Shown piece after piece: positions 17,041 through 25,952 of a DNA stretch of 35,046 nt; position 1 is the stretch's first letter; each line of letters begins with the position of its first letter. The DNA is from an uncultured Candidatus Saccharibacteria bacterium (GTDB lineage Bacteria > Patescibacteriota > WWE3 > UBA101185 > UBA10185), in contig CAZHJE010000004.1 in assembly GCA_964532965.1 (NCBI GenBank), positions 1 through 35,046 of the forward strand, read 5' to 3'. The notes beneath the pieces were generated by a model, which was not told the DNA's origin, did not search any database, and was given only the letters and a program-made list of their open reading frames with translations. Both the position numbers and the translations under genes were made by a program.

Positions 17041-18195
17041 CTATCTAATACTTACAGTATAAAGATCTGTTTGTTCGCCAGACTTAAATGATGTTAAGAA
17101 TATTAATTTATCTCCACCCGGAGTGCTATAGACTTTATTGGAATACATTGTGTTATTGTATAATTCTGTTTTATTTGTTCCGTCTATTCTAATCAAAGAT
17201 ATTCTACCTTTTTTCTCTTCTAAAATGTTTGCATCAACTAAAATTAAATGAAAGCTATCTGCATACCATGAAACTTCCGGTTGTTTATCTGAGACATTTG
17301 TTGTAAATACTATGGAATCTACATTCTCTCCCACAGGTATTGGTTTTTCCATATTATAAACATGATATTCAAGTGTTGTACCTTTTATAATTGAGTATAA
17401 GAACTTTTTTTCATCTGGAGCCCACAAACTAGTAGGTGATGTTGCAATTTCAAACATGTCTTTTGGTATATCTATTCTTTCAATAAAATCGGTCCTTTTT
17501 GTCAATAATTCTTGTTCCCACTCTTGTCTTACTATTTCTGGGTCTGTAATTAGTTGTGTTGTTTTTGTTTCTATATTAACCAAATAATAGTTATTTGTTG
17601 CACTTTGGACCAAAAGCTCTTGCTCAGAAGGGCTCCATTCGATAGATTTACCGTTTGAATATAATGTTGTGGAGGTATCTTCAATTGCAATGTATGAATC
17701 TGCTCTAAATAAGCTTATTCCAGTATTAGTTAGAGGCGTTATCAAGATACCTGGATTATTTTGATCTTTTGAAAAATATGCAAGTTTAGTCAAAGTGGGG
17801 GATATTACCGGGTTTTGTGCTCCTGTATTTGTTAAAGGCTCTAATCTTGGGCTTTGTGATACTAATACAGCAGTAATATCTGTAACAAGTTCTGGGAACA
17901 CTTCTACGTCTTTTTCCCACGGCACAAAACCATTTTTAACTACTTTAAGTTTGTATATCCCTGGATCTAGTGCTTGGATAGTATCATTTGTTGCGGTTTT
18001 TAATACGCCGTTAACATATATATTTGCACCATCTGGTATCGATTTTGCACTTATCATTCCTGTTTTGCGTAGGTCTATTGTCGAAGTGTTTTGTTCTTTA
18101 GATATTCTATATCCGGAAGTATAAAGAAATATTACAGTTGTTATACCTAAAAGGATTAACACAGTTATAAATGTTTGAAACCAATGTGTTTTCAT
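17041..18195 (-). CDS. PEGA-domain protein with a TolB-like beta-propeller region, TM-anchored
   Basis: N-terminal TM, PEGA-like segment (GANIYVNGVLKTATNDTIQALDPGIYKLKVVKNGFVPWEKDVEV), then propeller-like repeats (SPTLTKLAY, WSPSEQELL, WAPDEKKFLY, TPGGDKLIF). An in-frame TTG alternative start lies at 18216. Confidence 0.75.
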   Translation of the reverse strand: MKTHWFQTFITVLILLGITTVIFLYTSGYRISKEQNTSTIDLRKTGMISAKSIPDGANIYVNGVLKTATNDTIQALDPGIYKLKVVKNGFVPWEKDVEVFPELVTDITAVLVSQSPRLEPLTNTGAQNPVISPTLTKLAYFSKDQNNPGILITPLTNTGISLFRADSYIAIEDTSTTLYSNGKSIEWSPSEQELLVQSATNNYYLVNIETKTTQLITDPEIVRQEWEQELLTKRTDFIERIDIPKDMFEIATSPTSLWAPDEKKFLYSIIKGTTLEYHVYNMEKPIPVGENVDSIVFTTNVSDKQPEVSWYADSFHLILVDANILEEKKGRISLIRIDGTNKTELYNNTMYSNKVYSTPGGDKLIFLTSFKSGEQTDLYTVSIR

Positions 18196-18275
18196 GCTTT
18201 TATTGTACCTTTTCAATGTTTTCTAGTAAAGTCACATGCTTCACAAGTAAACTGTTATTATAGTAAAATAGGGCA

Positions 18276-19370
18276 ATGAATATAGGTATTGACGCTTCGT
18301 ATTTAACCCCCGAATTAACCGGAGGTATGCAAGAATACCTTAAATATGTAATTCAAAATCTATCTCTACTAGATACTAAAAATATATATACAATTTATTT
18401 TAAGTTTCCTATCACTAGTGATTATTTTAATAAGTTAACGAATAATAATCCGAATTTTAGTTATAAGTGTCTTAAAACCATTGTGTCCTGGGAACAAGTA
18501 TCTTTACCCATAGAGCTTTTTAAGAATAAAGTCGATATACTATTTTGTATTTGGCATACAATTCCGATATTACATCCCAAGAGTTTAAAAATAGTCTCTG
18601 TTATTCATGATTTGGATTTTAGTTCAAAGTACATGTTAGCTCCTTATTATACATGTTTAAAATCCGACTTATTAGTTGCCGTTTCTAGTTATACAAAGAA
18701 TGCGGCTATCAAAAAGTTTAAAATGTCTGGTGATAAAATTAATGTAATTTATGAAGGTGTTGATCTTGATAAATTTACGAGAGCATCCAAAGAAACTATA
18801 AAAGAAACGCTTTCTAAATACAACATTACTAATCCATATTTATTTTTTATTGGTACTTTAGGTCCCAGAAAAAACATTCACAATATGTTACGTGCTTATG
18901 CATTGTATATAAAAAAGTATCCTAATAGTGATATTGGTTTTGTAATAGCAGGTCGCTGCATGTCTGGGTATGAAGACATTTACACTGTACCTAAGCAGCT
19001 TGGTATTTCAAAAAACGTTAAGTTTTTAGGGAAGATTTCTGAGAAAGACTTAATATCATTATATTCCAATGCGTGTGCGCTTCTTTACGTATCAAACAGT
19101 GAGGGGTTTGGGCTACCTGTATTAGAAGCTATGGCTTGTGAATGTCCGGTTATTACATCTAATACCAGCGCGTTACTAGAGGTTGCGAAAGATTCCGCCC
19201 TGTTAGTTTCTCCAAAAGACGTACAGAAGATAAGCATTTCAATAGAGAATGTTTTGAATGATAATGTATTAAGACAAATGATGATAGAAGACGGTAAAAA
19301 AAATGTAAAACACTTTACATGGGAGAAAACAAGTTTACAGCTATTGGAGTGTTTTCGTAAAATTAAATAA
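18276..19370 (+). CDS. glycosyltransferase family 4 (GT-B, retaining)
   Basis: C-terminal EX7E-type signature EGFGLPVLEAMACECPVITSN. Confidence 0.85.
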   Translation: MNIGIDASYLTPELTGGMQEYLKYVIQNLSLLDTKNIYTIYFKFPITSDYFNKLTNNNPNFSYKCLKTIVSWEQVSLPIELFKNKVDILFCIWHTIPILHPKSLKIVSVIHDLDFSSKYMLAPYYTCLKSDLLVAVSSYTKNAAIKKFKMSGDKINVIYEGVDLDKFTRASKETIKETLSKYNITNPYLFFIGTLGPRKNIHNMLRAYALYIKKYPNSDIGFVIAGRCMSGYEDIYTVPKQLGISKNVKFLGKISEKDLISLYSNACALLYVSNSEGFGLPVLEAMACECPVITSNTSALLEVAKDSALLVSPKDVQKISISIENVLNDNVLRQMMIEDGKKNVKHFTWEKTSLQLLECFRKIK

Positions 19371-19376
19371 CTATAT

Positions 19377-20315
19377 ATGCAAAAAGATATATACAAATCA
19401 CTTATTATTGAACAAAAGAAGTTATTAGATGTACGTGTTGATTTTGGAATAAATAAAGAAGCACTTATTTCATGGATAAAAGACCGTATACAGTCGCATA
19501 AGAAAGGTACATTGTCGTATATTTGTACTACTAATCCTGAATTTATCATGTTAGCGCAAAATGACAGCAAATTTAAAAATATAATAAATAATTCTACGCT
19601 GTCGCTCCCTGATGGCTTTGGAACTATCTTGGCATACGAATACATAAAGAGTATAGAAAAAGTAAACTTATCGTTGTTTTACTCACTTATTTTATTTTGT
19701 AAAGGATTTATTTTAGGTATTAAAAGTTTTTTTTACTCCTTTCCATCAGAGGCCTATTTATTGCCAGGTTCTAAACTTGTCTATTCATTATGTGAGTTGG
19801 CATCAAAAAATAATTATAGTGTCTTTCTTCTTGGTGGTAGACCAAAAGACTTTTTAGGTAGAATGAAAAAGGTAGATTATGACTTGGCAACTGACGCCGC
19901 AAAAATTTTAAAAAAAACTTATCCGAAACTGAAAATTATAGGTGCCTCCTCAGCATTTAGCGGTCATAAGAGCGATGATGATAAAACAGTTGCTTACATT
20001 AAAAGCCGTATGCAAGAAAGTAATTGTTCTTCTATAGACATACTTTTTGTAGCTTATGGCGCACCTGCACAGGAAAAATGGATAGTACGAAACAGCAACA
20101 AATTAGATGCAAAACTAAGTATAGGTGTAGGTGGGTCGTTCAATTATATATCTGGAGATGTCTTACAACCTGGTACTTTTATCACAAGACTTCATTTAGA
20201 GTGGTTGTATAGGTTACTTTTACACCCCTGGAGGTTGAAACGTATTTTAATTGCTTTTCCTATATTTCCATTAAAATTATACTTATATTACATAAAAAAA
20301 CATAAAAGTTATTGA
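19377..20315 (+). CDS. WecB/TagA/CpsF family glycosyltransferase (GT26)
   Basis: LPDGFG, FLLGGRP, AYGAPAQEKWI, GVGGSFNYISG and the C-terminal LEWLYRLLLHPWRLKR. Confidence 0.85.
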   Translation: MQKDIYKSLIIEQKKLLDVRVDFGINKEALISWIKDRIQSHKKGTLSYICTTNPEFIMLAQNDSKFKNIINNSTLSLPDGFGTILAYEYIKSIEKVNLSLFYSLILFCKGFILGIKSFFYSFPSEAYLLPGSKLVYSLCELASKNNYSVFLLGGRPKDFLGRMKKVDYDLATDAAKILKKTYPKLKIIGASSAFSGHKSDDDKTVAYIKSRMQESNCSSIDILFVAYGAPAQEKWIVRNSNKLDAKLSIGVGGSFNYISGDVLQPGTFITRLHLEWLYRLLLHPWRLKRILIAFPIFPLKLYLYYIKKHKSY

Positions 20316-20346
20316 CAACAAATTTTTTGTGTGCCACCATAAAGTT

Positions 20347-21348
20347 ATGAAATTAGAAGATAAATTATATACATCCACAGAAGTAGCTGACATTCTAGGG
20401 GTTAGCTTACGTTCAGTTTATAGATACTTAGAAGAAGGGAAACTTGACGCTGAAATTAAGACGGCAACTGGTAGACATAGATTTACAAAGAATAACATTA
20501 TTAATTTCTTGTATCCAGATGGTGTCATAGATAGCGATCAAGAATCTTTAAAATCAAAAGTTTCCGCAAGAAACGTTTCTGAAAAAGAATACATTGATGA
20601 AAGTAAAACAGAAGATGAATTTAATAAGTACGATAAATATGATGTAAATACCTATATTGCAGACGATGATAGAAGTTCTACTCAATTTCCTGTCTCGGAT
20701 GACAGTGATGAAGTAACGCATACAGATGAGGTCGAAGAAGAAGTTGAGGTTGAAGTTGAAGAAGAAGTTGAGGCAAATGCTGAGTTAAATCAGGATGAGG
20801 AAGTAGAAGTGGATTGGCTAGCCAAATTTCGTGCAGCTGCGGAGAAACATAGAAAAGCGCAGGAGTCCCAATCTATAAACAAACCTTTTACAGATAATTT
20901 AAGCACATTAGTAGACGAAGATGCTACTGAGGTTGAAGATGCTGAGGATGAACCAGAAGTACTTACTGATGTTTTTTATTACAAAAGCGGTGTGGGTGGT
21001 TTGAGAGAGTTAGCACAATATATAAATAAAACTGCAAGAAAATCTAATCTACCTTATGCATTCACAATGAACGCAGGTTTGTCCCTACACAAGCTGATTA
21101 GACCTTTTTCCATGCTGCATATATATGTGAAGGAAAATGACAAAGAGTTTTTTGAGCGTGCTTTAGAATTAACTGAATCAGACCAAGAAACAGCTCAACT
21201 GTGTATTTTTATTGATAGAGAAGGTGTCTTAAAGGACAGAAAAGAGATTCACAGCTTGTATGTTGTGTCTGATTTGCAGTTACGAAAAGATTTACTCGAC
21301 AACGGAGAAATAGACTTAGCAAGCGAATTAGATGATGTAACTGCATAG
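20347..21348 (+). CDS. MerR/excisionase-type HTH protein with an acidic linker and an uncharacterised C-terminal domain
   Basis: N-terminal YTSTEVADILGVSLRSVYRYLEEGKL, a D/E/V low-complexity linker, and a globular C-terminal domain of about 130 aa. The ATG at 20347 is preferred over the GTG at 20329. Confidence 0.7.
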   Translation: MKLEDKLYTSTEVADILGVSLRSVYRYLEEGKLDAEIKTATGRHRFTKNNIINFLYPDGVIDSDQESLKSKVSARNVSEKEYIDESKTEDEFNKYDKYDVNTYIADDDRSSTQFPVSDDSDEVTHTDEVEEEVEVEVEEEVEANAELNQDEEVEVDWLAKFRAAAEKHRKAQESQSINKPFTDNLSTLVDEDATEVEDAEDEPEVLTDVFYYKSGVGGLRELAQYINKTARKSNLPYAFTMNAGLSLHKLIRPFSMLHIYVKENDKEFFERALELTESDQETAQLCIFIDREGVLKDRKEIHSLYVVSDLQLRKDLLDNGEIDLASELDDVTA

Positions 21349-21460
21349 TTTATACTCCGGTCGAAAAGAAAACTTCGTGTTTTAATGCTGCGCTTCTCAT
21401 TATAGACTTTACTGTTAATATTTGATTATTGAGCTGTTTTCTGTTACTTTAAAGTAAGTT

Positions 21461-22990
21461 GTGAATAGTAGCATTTTACCCGACATAATAAAAATAAAAC
21501 AAAAGATACTACCGTTAAAAATTTTAATGGTAGGTACTGAGGCTTATCCCTATGCAAGCGAAGGGGGTTTTGCTTCTGTTCTTTTTTCTCTATCTAATGC
21601 ACTCAATGATAAAGGAAACGATGTTAGATTATTAATTCCTAAATATGGTTCGATAAATGAAGAAAAATATCAGTTAGAATTAATCTATGAAGGGCTTAAG
21701 GTGCCTACAGACGATCCTAACACACCATTTTTGATTTGCAATATCAAAAAGGCAAAAAGACCGTTTGGGGCTACAATATATTTTATAGAGAACCAAGAGT
21801 ACTATGAAAAACGCGCAAATGTTTATGGTTATAGTGATGACCCAACTAGATGGGCACTTTTATCTAGAGGAGTTTTAGAGTTTATTAAAGCTGGTATATT
21901 CGTTCCAGATGTGTTGCATACTAACGATTGGCATACTGGCATAGTTTCAAACTATCTGAAAACTGTGTATTCTTTGGATCCTGTGCTATCAAAAGTTGCA
22001 ACTGTATATACAATCCATAATTTAAAATATCAAGGCAATTTTGACCATCACAATGTTGCTGAATTAGATACTGATGATGGTAGGTCAGTTATTGCGTCTT
22101 TCTTTTCGGAACGCCTAAACAAACAAAATTTCATGCGTCGTGGAATTTTACACGCCGATATAGTTAACACTGTTTCTAAAAAATATGCCAAAGAAGTTTT
22201 AACACCGGAATATGGTGAAAAATTAGATAAATTATTACTTGAATTAAAGAGTAAATTTTTTGGAGTAATTAATGGTCTTGATTATAAGGAATTTAACCCA
22301 GAAACAGACCCCCTGATTGAAAAGAATTACAGTATCTCAAGTTTGGAGGATAGAGTATTGAATAAGTTAGCGCTTCAGAAAGAGTTTGATTTACAAGAAG
22401 ACCCTGAAGTACCAACTTTTGGATTTGTTGGTAGGTTAGACTATCAAAAAGGTGTTGATCTTATTGTCGATGTATTGTTTGAGGTTTTCAAAGAGTTTGA
22501 TTTAAACTATGTCTCTGTTGGTGGCGGAGATCCGAGTTTAGTAAAAAAATTGGAGGGTTTGAAACAAGCTTATCCAAGCAAGGTTGGTATTTATACATAC
22601 TTTAATACAACACTTCCGCGGTTGGTTTTTTCTGGTGTGGACTCAATAATTTATCCATCTCGTTTTGAACCCTGCGGTGTTGTTCAACTCGAAGCAATGC
22701 GCTATGGTGCAGCACCTATAGTTAGAGAAGTCGGGGGGCTTGCTGATACTGTTGTCAATTTTGACTCTGATGCTTTAACTGGAAGTGGTTTTGTATTTAA
22801 AGAATTTAATTCTTATGCTTTATATGGACAGATAGTGCGTGCAATTGAATTATATAAACAAAAAAACATTTGGAAACGTCTTCAAGTTAATGCAATGAAA
22901 TGTGACTTTAGTTGGGGATTTAGTGCAAACGAGTATATTAAGCTATATAGGCTAGCAATTCAACATGCTCAGATACCAAAAAAGCCATAA
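21461..22990 (+). CDS. glgA: glycogen/starch synthase-like GT5 glycosyltransferase (paralog 1)
   Basis: KILMVGTEAYPYASEGGFASV sits at the position of the KXGGL motif. HTNDWHTG and a C-terminal GT-B domain (PSRFEPCGVVQLEAMRYG) are present. GTG start. Confidence 0.85.
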   Translation: MNSSILPDIIKIKQKILPLKILMVGTEAYPYASEGGFASVLFSLSNALNDKGNDVRLLIPKYGSINEEKYQLELIYEGLKVPTDDPNTPFLICNIKKAKRPFGATIYFIENQEYYEKRANVYGYSDDPTRWALLSRGVLEFIKAGIFVPDVLHTNDWHTGIVSNYLKTVYSLDPVLSKVATVYTIHNLKYQGNFDHHNVAELDTDDGRSVIASFFSERLNKQNFMRRGILHADIVNTVSKKYAKEVLTPEYGEKLDKLLLELKSKFFGVINGLDYKEFNPETDPLIEKNYSISSLEDRVLNKLALQKEFDLQEDPEVPTFGFVGRLDYQKGVDLIVDVLFEVFKEFDLNYVSVGGGDPSLVKKLEGLKQAYPSKVGIYTYFNTTLPRLVFSGVDSIIYPSRFEPCGVVQLEAMRYGAAPIVREVGGLADTVVNFDSDALTGSGFVFKEFNSYALYGQIVRAIELYKQKNIWKRLQVNAMKCDFSWGFSANEYIKLYRLAIQHAQIPKKP

Positions 22991-23000
22991 CACGCTCAGT

Positions 23001-23029
23001 TTGACAGACCTATAATATGGGAGTATAAT
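23001..23029 (+). promoter_or_regulatory. perfect-consensus sigma70 promoter TTGACA-17-TATAAT
   Basis: TTGACA at 23001-23006, a 17-nt spacer, TATAAT at 23024-23029, 11 nt after the glgA stop codon. Confidence 0.7.
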
Positions 23030-23035
23030 ACGGTG

Positions 23036-23128
23036 AATTGTACATCTTGATCCGAGTTGGAATTATTTTCTATTCTGTGGGCAGGAGAATAGGAAACTTC
23101 CACTCGGACCTGGTTGTACAATTTTTTT
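23036..23128 (+). ncRNA. 88-nt imperfect hairpin plus U7: candidate small RNA or transcription attenuator ahead of the GH57 operon
   Basis: Basal stem AATTGTACA (23036-23044) pairs with TGTACAATT (23115-23123). Internal stems are TCCGAG/CTCGGA and TTCTATTCT/AGAATAGGA. T7 lies at 23122-23128. The GTG start of the next CDS is at 23149. Confidence 0.55.
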
Positions 23129-23148
23129 ATTCCTAGTAAAATGAAGCT

Positions 23149-24354
23149 GTGAAGTGTGCAATTTTACTACATCTATACCAACCATTTTTTCAAGAGAAAT
23201 CCGTTTTTGATACTATTTACAATCAGAGTTATAAACCCTTGTTAGAGCTAATAAAAGAGAAAAAGAATGTAACATTTACACTTAATGTGCCACTTAGCTT
23301 ATTAGAGCTTATGGATAAGTTTGGCTATTCGACTTGGATAGCTGATTTAAAAAAACTTTATACATCTGATCATATTGAGCTTGTAGGTTCAGGTGCTTAT
23401 CATCCACTTCTTTCGACCTTGCCCGAGGACATTGCTACGGATTCTATAATTTTGAATGAATATGGTCTAGGTTATTACTTAGGTAGTCATACTGGTTTTG
23501 ATGGCGATCCTTGCATTTTATTAAAAAACATAAATGGTTTTTTTCCTCCTGAATTAGCAGTCAATACAACTCTTTTTTCATTGCTATCGTCTTTAGGGTA
23601 TACATGGTGTCTAGTAGACACATTTGCAATTCCTGAAGGATATGATAAGAGCGTTGTGTACAGAATAAATGACATATTTACAAGTATTGTAGTAAGAAAT
23701 AGTGCACTAAGCAATGCAATAGCATTTAAAAGAAGCTCTAGTATAGGAGATTTGATTGCACTGCATAATGAGACAAATGTAATAGCTCTTGATGGAGAAA
23801 CGTTTGGTTTCCATAACCCGCTTGGTCTAGTAATGTTAAATAATCTTATACAATATTATGAATATAATAATATACAATTAGTATCTTTATCCGAGCTTGT
23901 CAGTCTTCAACCTTTAAAAATACTTCCACATATCACTGAGTCTACTTGGGCAATGTCTCATGTGAGTCAAAAGGAGATATATTTTAATTGGATTAATGAT
24001 AAAAGTCATATTAACAACATTCTATGGAAATTGCATCAAGTTGTAGTTAATACATATAAAAAGCTGCCGAATACATCTAGAGATGATCTTAGTGATATTA
24101 TTTCACTTTGGAATAATAAAGATGGCGCCAAAGAACAATTATACGTAATATTGCAAAAGATGCTAAATAGCGATATGTTTTGGTGGTCTTCAGACAGATA
24201 TTTGCCCGATAATATTCACCTATACAACAAAGATGTTTTAATACGATCACTAACAGCATATATGAACCTATTAGATCTTATTGCACCAATTGAATTATTA
24301 AAAGATATCAAAGATATGCTTATTATAGTAAAAAATGATATAGTAAGTAAATGA
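23149..24354 (+). CDS. glycoside hydrolase family 57 protein (short form)
   Basis: GH57 signature regions LLHLYQP, IELVGSGAYHPLL, FFPPELAV (nucleophile Glu) and LDGETFGFH (acid/base Asp). Confidence 0.82.
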   Translation: MKCAILLHLYQPFFQEKSVFDTIYNQSYKPLLELIKEKKNVTFTLNVPLSLLELMDKFGYSTWIADLKKLYTSDHIELVGSGAYHPLLSTLPEDIATDSIILNEYGLGYYLGSHTGFDGDPCILLKNINGFFPPELAVNTTLFSLLSSLGYTWCLVDTFAIPEGYDKSVVYRINDIFTSIVVRNSALSNAIAFKRSSSIGDLIALHNETNVIALDGETFGFHNPLGLVMLNNLIQYYEYNNIQLVSLSELVSLQPLKILPHITESTWAMSHVSQKEIYFNWINDKSHINNILWKLHQVVVNTYKKLPNTSRDDLSDIISLWNNKDGAKEQLYVILQKMLNSDMFWWSSDRYLPDNIHLYNKDVLIRSLTAYMNLLDLIAPIELLKDIKDMLIIVKNDIVSK

Positions 24355-25940
24355 ATATAGTATTGCTTTTACACTTCTATCAGCCGTATTATCAGCATAA
24401 AGATATGCTCTTTCGCATAATAGGGGAATCATACACCCCTTTAGTAAACATATTAAGTAATGCACCTAAGTCTAAAAAAATCACCGTAAATATTTCCGGC
24501 TCATTAGTGAGATTATTTCATGAAAACAGGTGTAATGAATTATTAAAAATCTTCTCCAATTTATATTCAACGGGAAGGATAGAACTTACTCGTTCATCAA
24601 TGTATCATTCTTTACTCCCATTATTACCCAAGAGTGAAATAATGAGACAAATAAATCTAAATGACGAAATATTTGAAGAGTACTTTAAGGGTTATGCCAA
24701 GAACACCTTTGGTTTTTTCCCCCCAGAATTAGCTGTAAATCATACATTACTTGAAGTACTAAAAGATATAGATATAAAATGGTTAATAGCTCCTCAAGTT
24801 TCATACAATGATTTATCTGACAGTAAGCAATTTGCAAATGATACAATATACATTGATAAAAAAACTAATATTAATATTTTTTTTAGATCAAAATTACTAA
24901 GTTCACTAGTGCTATCCGCTACAATACATTCTGTAGATGATTTATTGAGGGAAGTAAGAGATATAGATGATATAGCAAATAAATATTTCTTTCTTGTAAT
25001 GGATGCAGAAACGTTTGGGCACCATAGGGTTGGACATGAACGTTTTCTTAGTGAATTATTACACGATAAGCGTATAAATATAGTGACACCCAGTGACTTA
25101 TTGAGTAATAAGCTGGCATTAAAAAAAGAGTATGTAAAAATACGACCGAGCTCTTGGTCGAACTCAGAGCAGGATTTCTGGCTTGATAAAGAAAGAACAA
25201 CATACACAGAGAGTAATTCTTTTATATTATGGAATGATCCTAACAATCCAATCCACAAGTTGCAGTGGCAACTAACTAGACTAGCTCTAAAATGTGTTAA
25301 CATGGCAAAGAATAAGAAAAGTGCGGCTTGGGAGAAAGCTAGAGATTTACTTGATAAAGCATTAGCTTCAGACCAGTATTGGTGGGCAAGTTCAAAACCG
25401 TGGTGGAGTTTAGAAATGATAGAACTTGGAGCGTATTCACTAAAAGAAGTAATACTAAAGTTGCCAGATTCAAGTCATGTTCATAAGAAAGCCGACGTTT
25501 TATACCGTAAAATTCTAGACCGGGCGTTTTATTGGCAAAGGAGTGGTTATATTAAAGCGCAACATAGCAAAAGTTCTGATACTTATCTAAAAATACCATT
25601 CAAAGATCGAACCTCGAGTGAATGGTTTAATCAAGTAATATTAGAATTTGAACACGAGATGAAGCTTGCAGAGGCTAAGCAAGACTACGAAAAGGCAATA
25701 AAGTGGAGAGATGCTGTAATTAAAATTTCTCTTGGTGCGGATATTTATGATGTGATTCATGTTGTTGATGAGCTTTGGCTAGGAAGAAATGTCAAATGGG
25801 CGGAGCCACAAGTAAAGCCTTTTTTAGAACACACATGGGAAGAGTTTTCACCTTTTGCTAAAAAACATTTTTTAGAATGTTCTTCAGAAAAAGAATTTGA
25901 TGCATGGAAAAGAAGAAGACAAAAAGATAAGAAAGAATGA
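24351..25940 (+). CDS. glycoside hydrolase family 57 protein (long form, branching-enzyme-sized) with a C-terminal UVR-like motif
   Basis: LLHFYQP, IELTRSSMYHSLLPLL, FFPPELAV and MDAETFGHH. An ATGA start/stop overlap with the upstream GH57 gene. Confidence 0.82.
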   Translation: MNIVLLLHFYQPYYQHKDMLFRIIGESYTPLVNILSNAPKSKKITVNISGSLVRLFHENRCNELLKIFSNLYSTGRIELTRSSMYHSLLPLLPKSEIMRQINLNDEIFEEYFKGYAKNTFGFFPPELAVNHTLLEVLKDIDIKWLIAPQVSYNDLSDSKQFANDTIYIDKKTNINIFFRSKLLSSLVLSATIHSVDDLLREVRDIDDIANKYFFLVMDAETFGHHRVGHERFLSELLHDKRINIVTPSDLLSNKLALKKEYVKIRPSSWSNSEQDFWLDKERTTYTESNSFILWNDPNNPIHKLQWQLTRLALKCVNMAKNKKSAAWEKARDLLDKALASDQYWWASSKPWWSLEMIELGAYSLKEVILKLPDSSHVHKKADVLYRKILDRAFYWQRSGYIKAQHSKSSDTYLKIPFKDRTSSEWFNQVILEFEHEMKLAEAKQDYEKAIKWRDAVIKISLGADIYDVIHVVDELWLGRNVKWAEPQVKPFLEHTWEEFSPFAKKHFLECSSEKEFDAWKRRRQKDKKE

Positions 25941-25952
25941 TATCATAAACAT

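Noticed and set aside
20734-20773. A 24-nt periodic duplication (GAAGAAGAAGTTGAGG twice) could be a tandem repeat or VNTR feature.
   Set aside because: It lies in frame inside an acidic E/V low-complexity coding linker. It is treated as coding low complexity and noted under the HTH protein instead.
23047-23135. A possible 29-codon small ORF (TTG start, MIRVGIIFYSVGRRIGNFHSDLVVQFFYS) lies inside the long hairpin.
   Set aside because: It has a non-ATG start and no SD, and its reading frame is imposed by hairpin symmetry. It is kept only as an alternative explanation to test by ribosome profiling.
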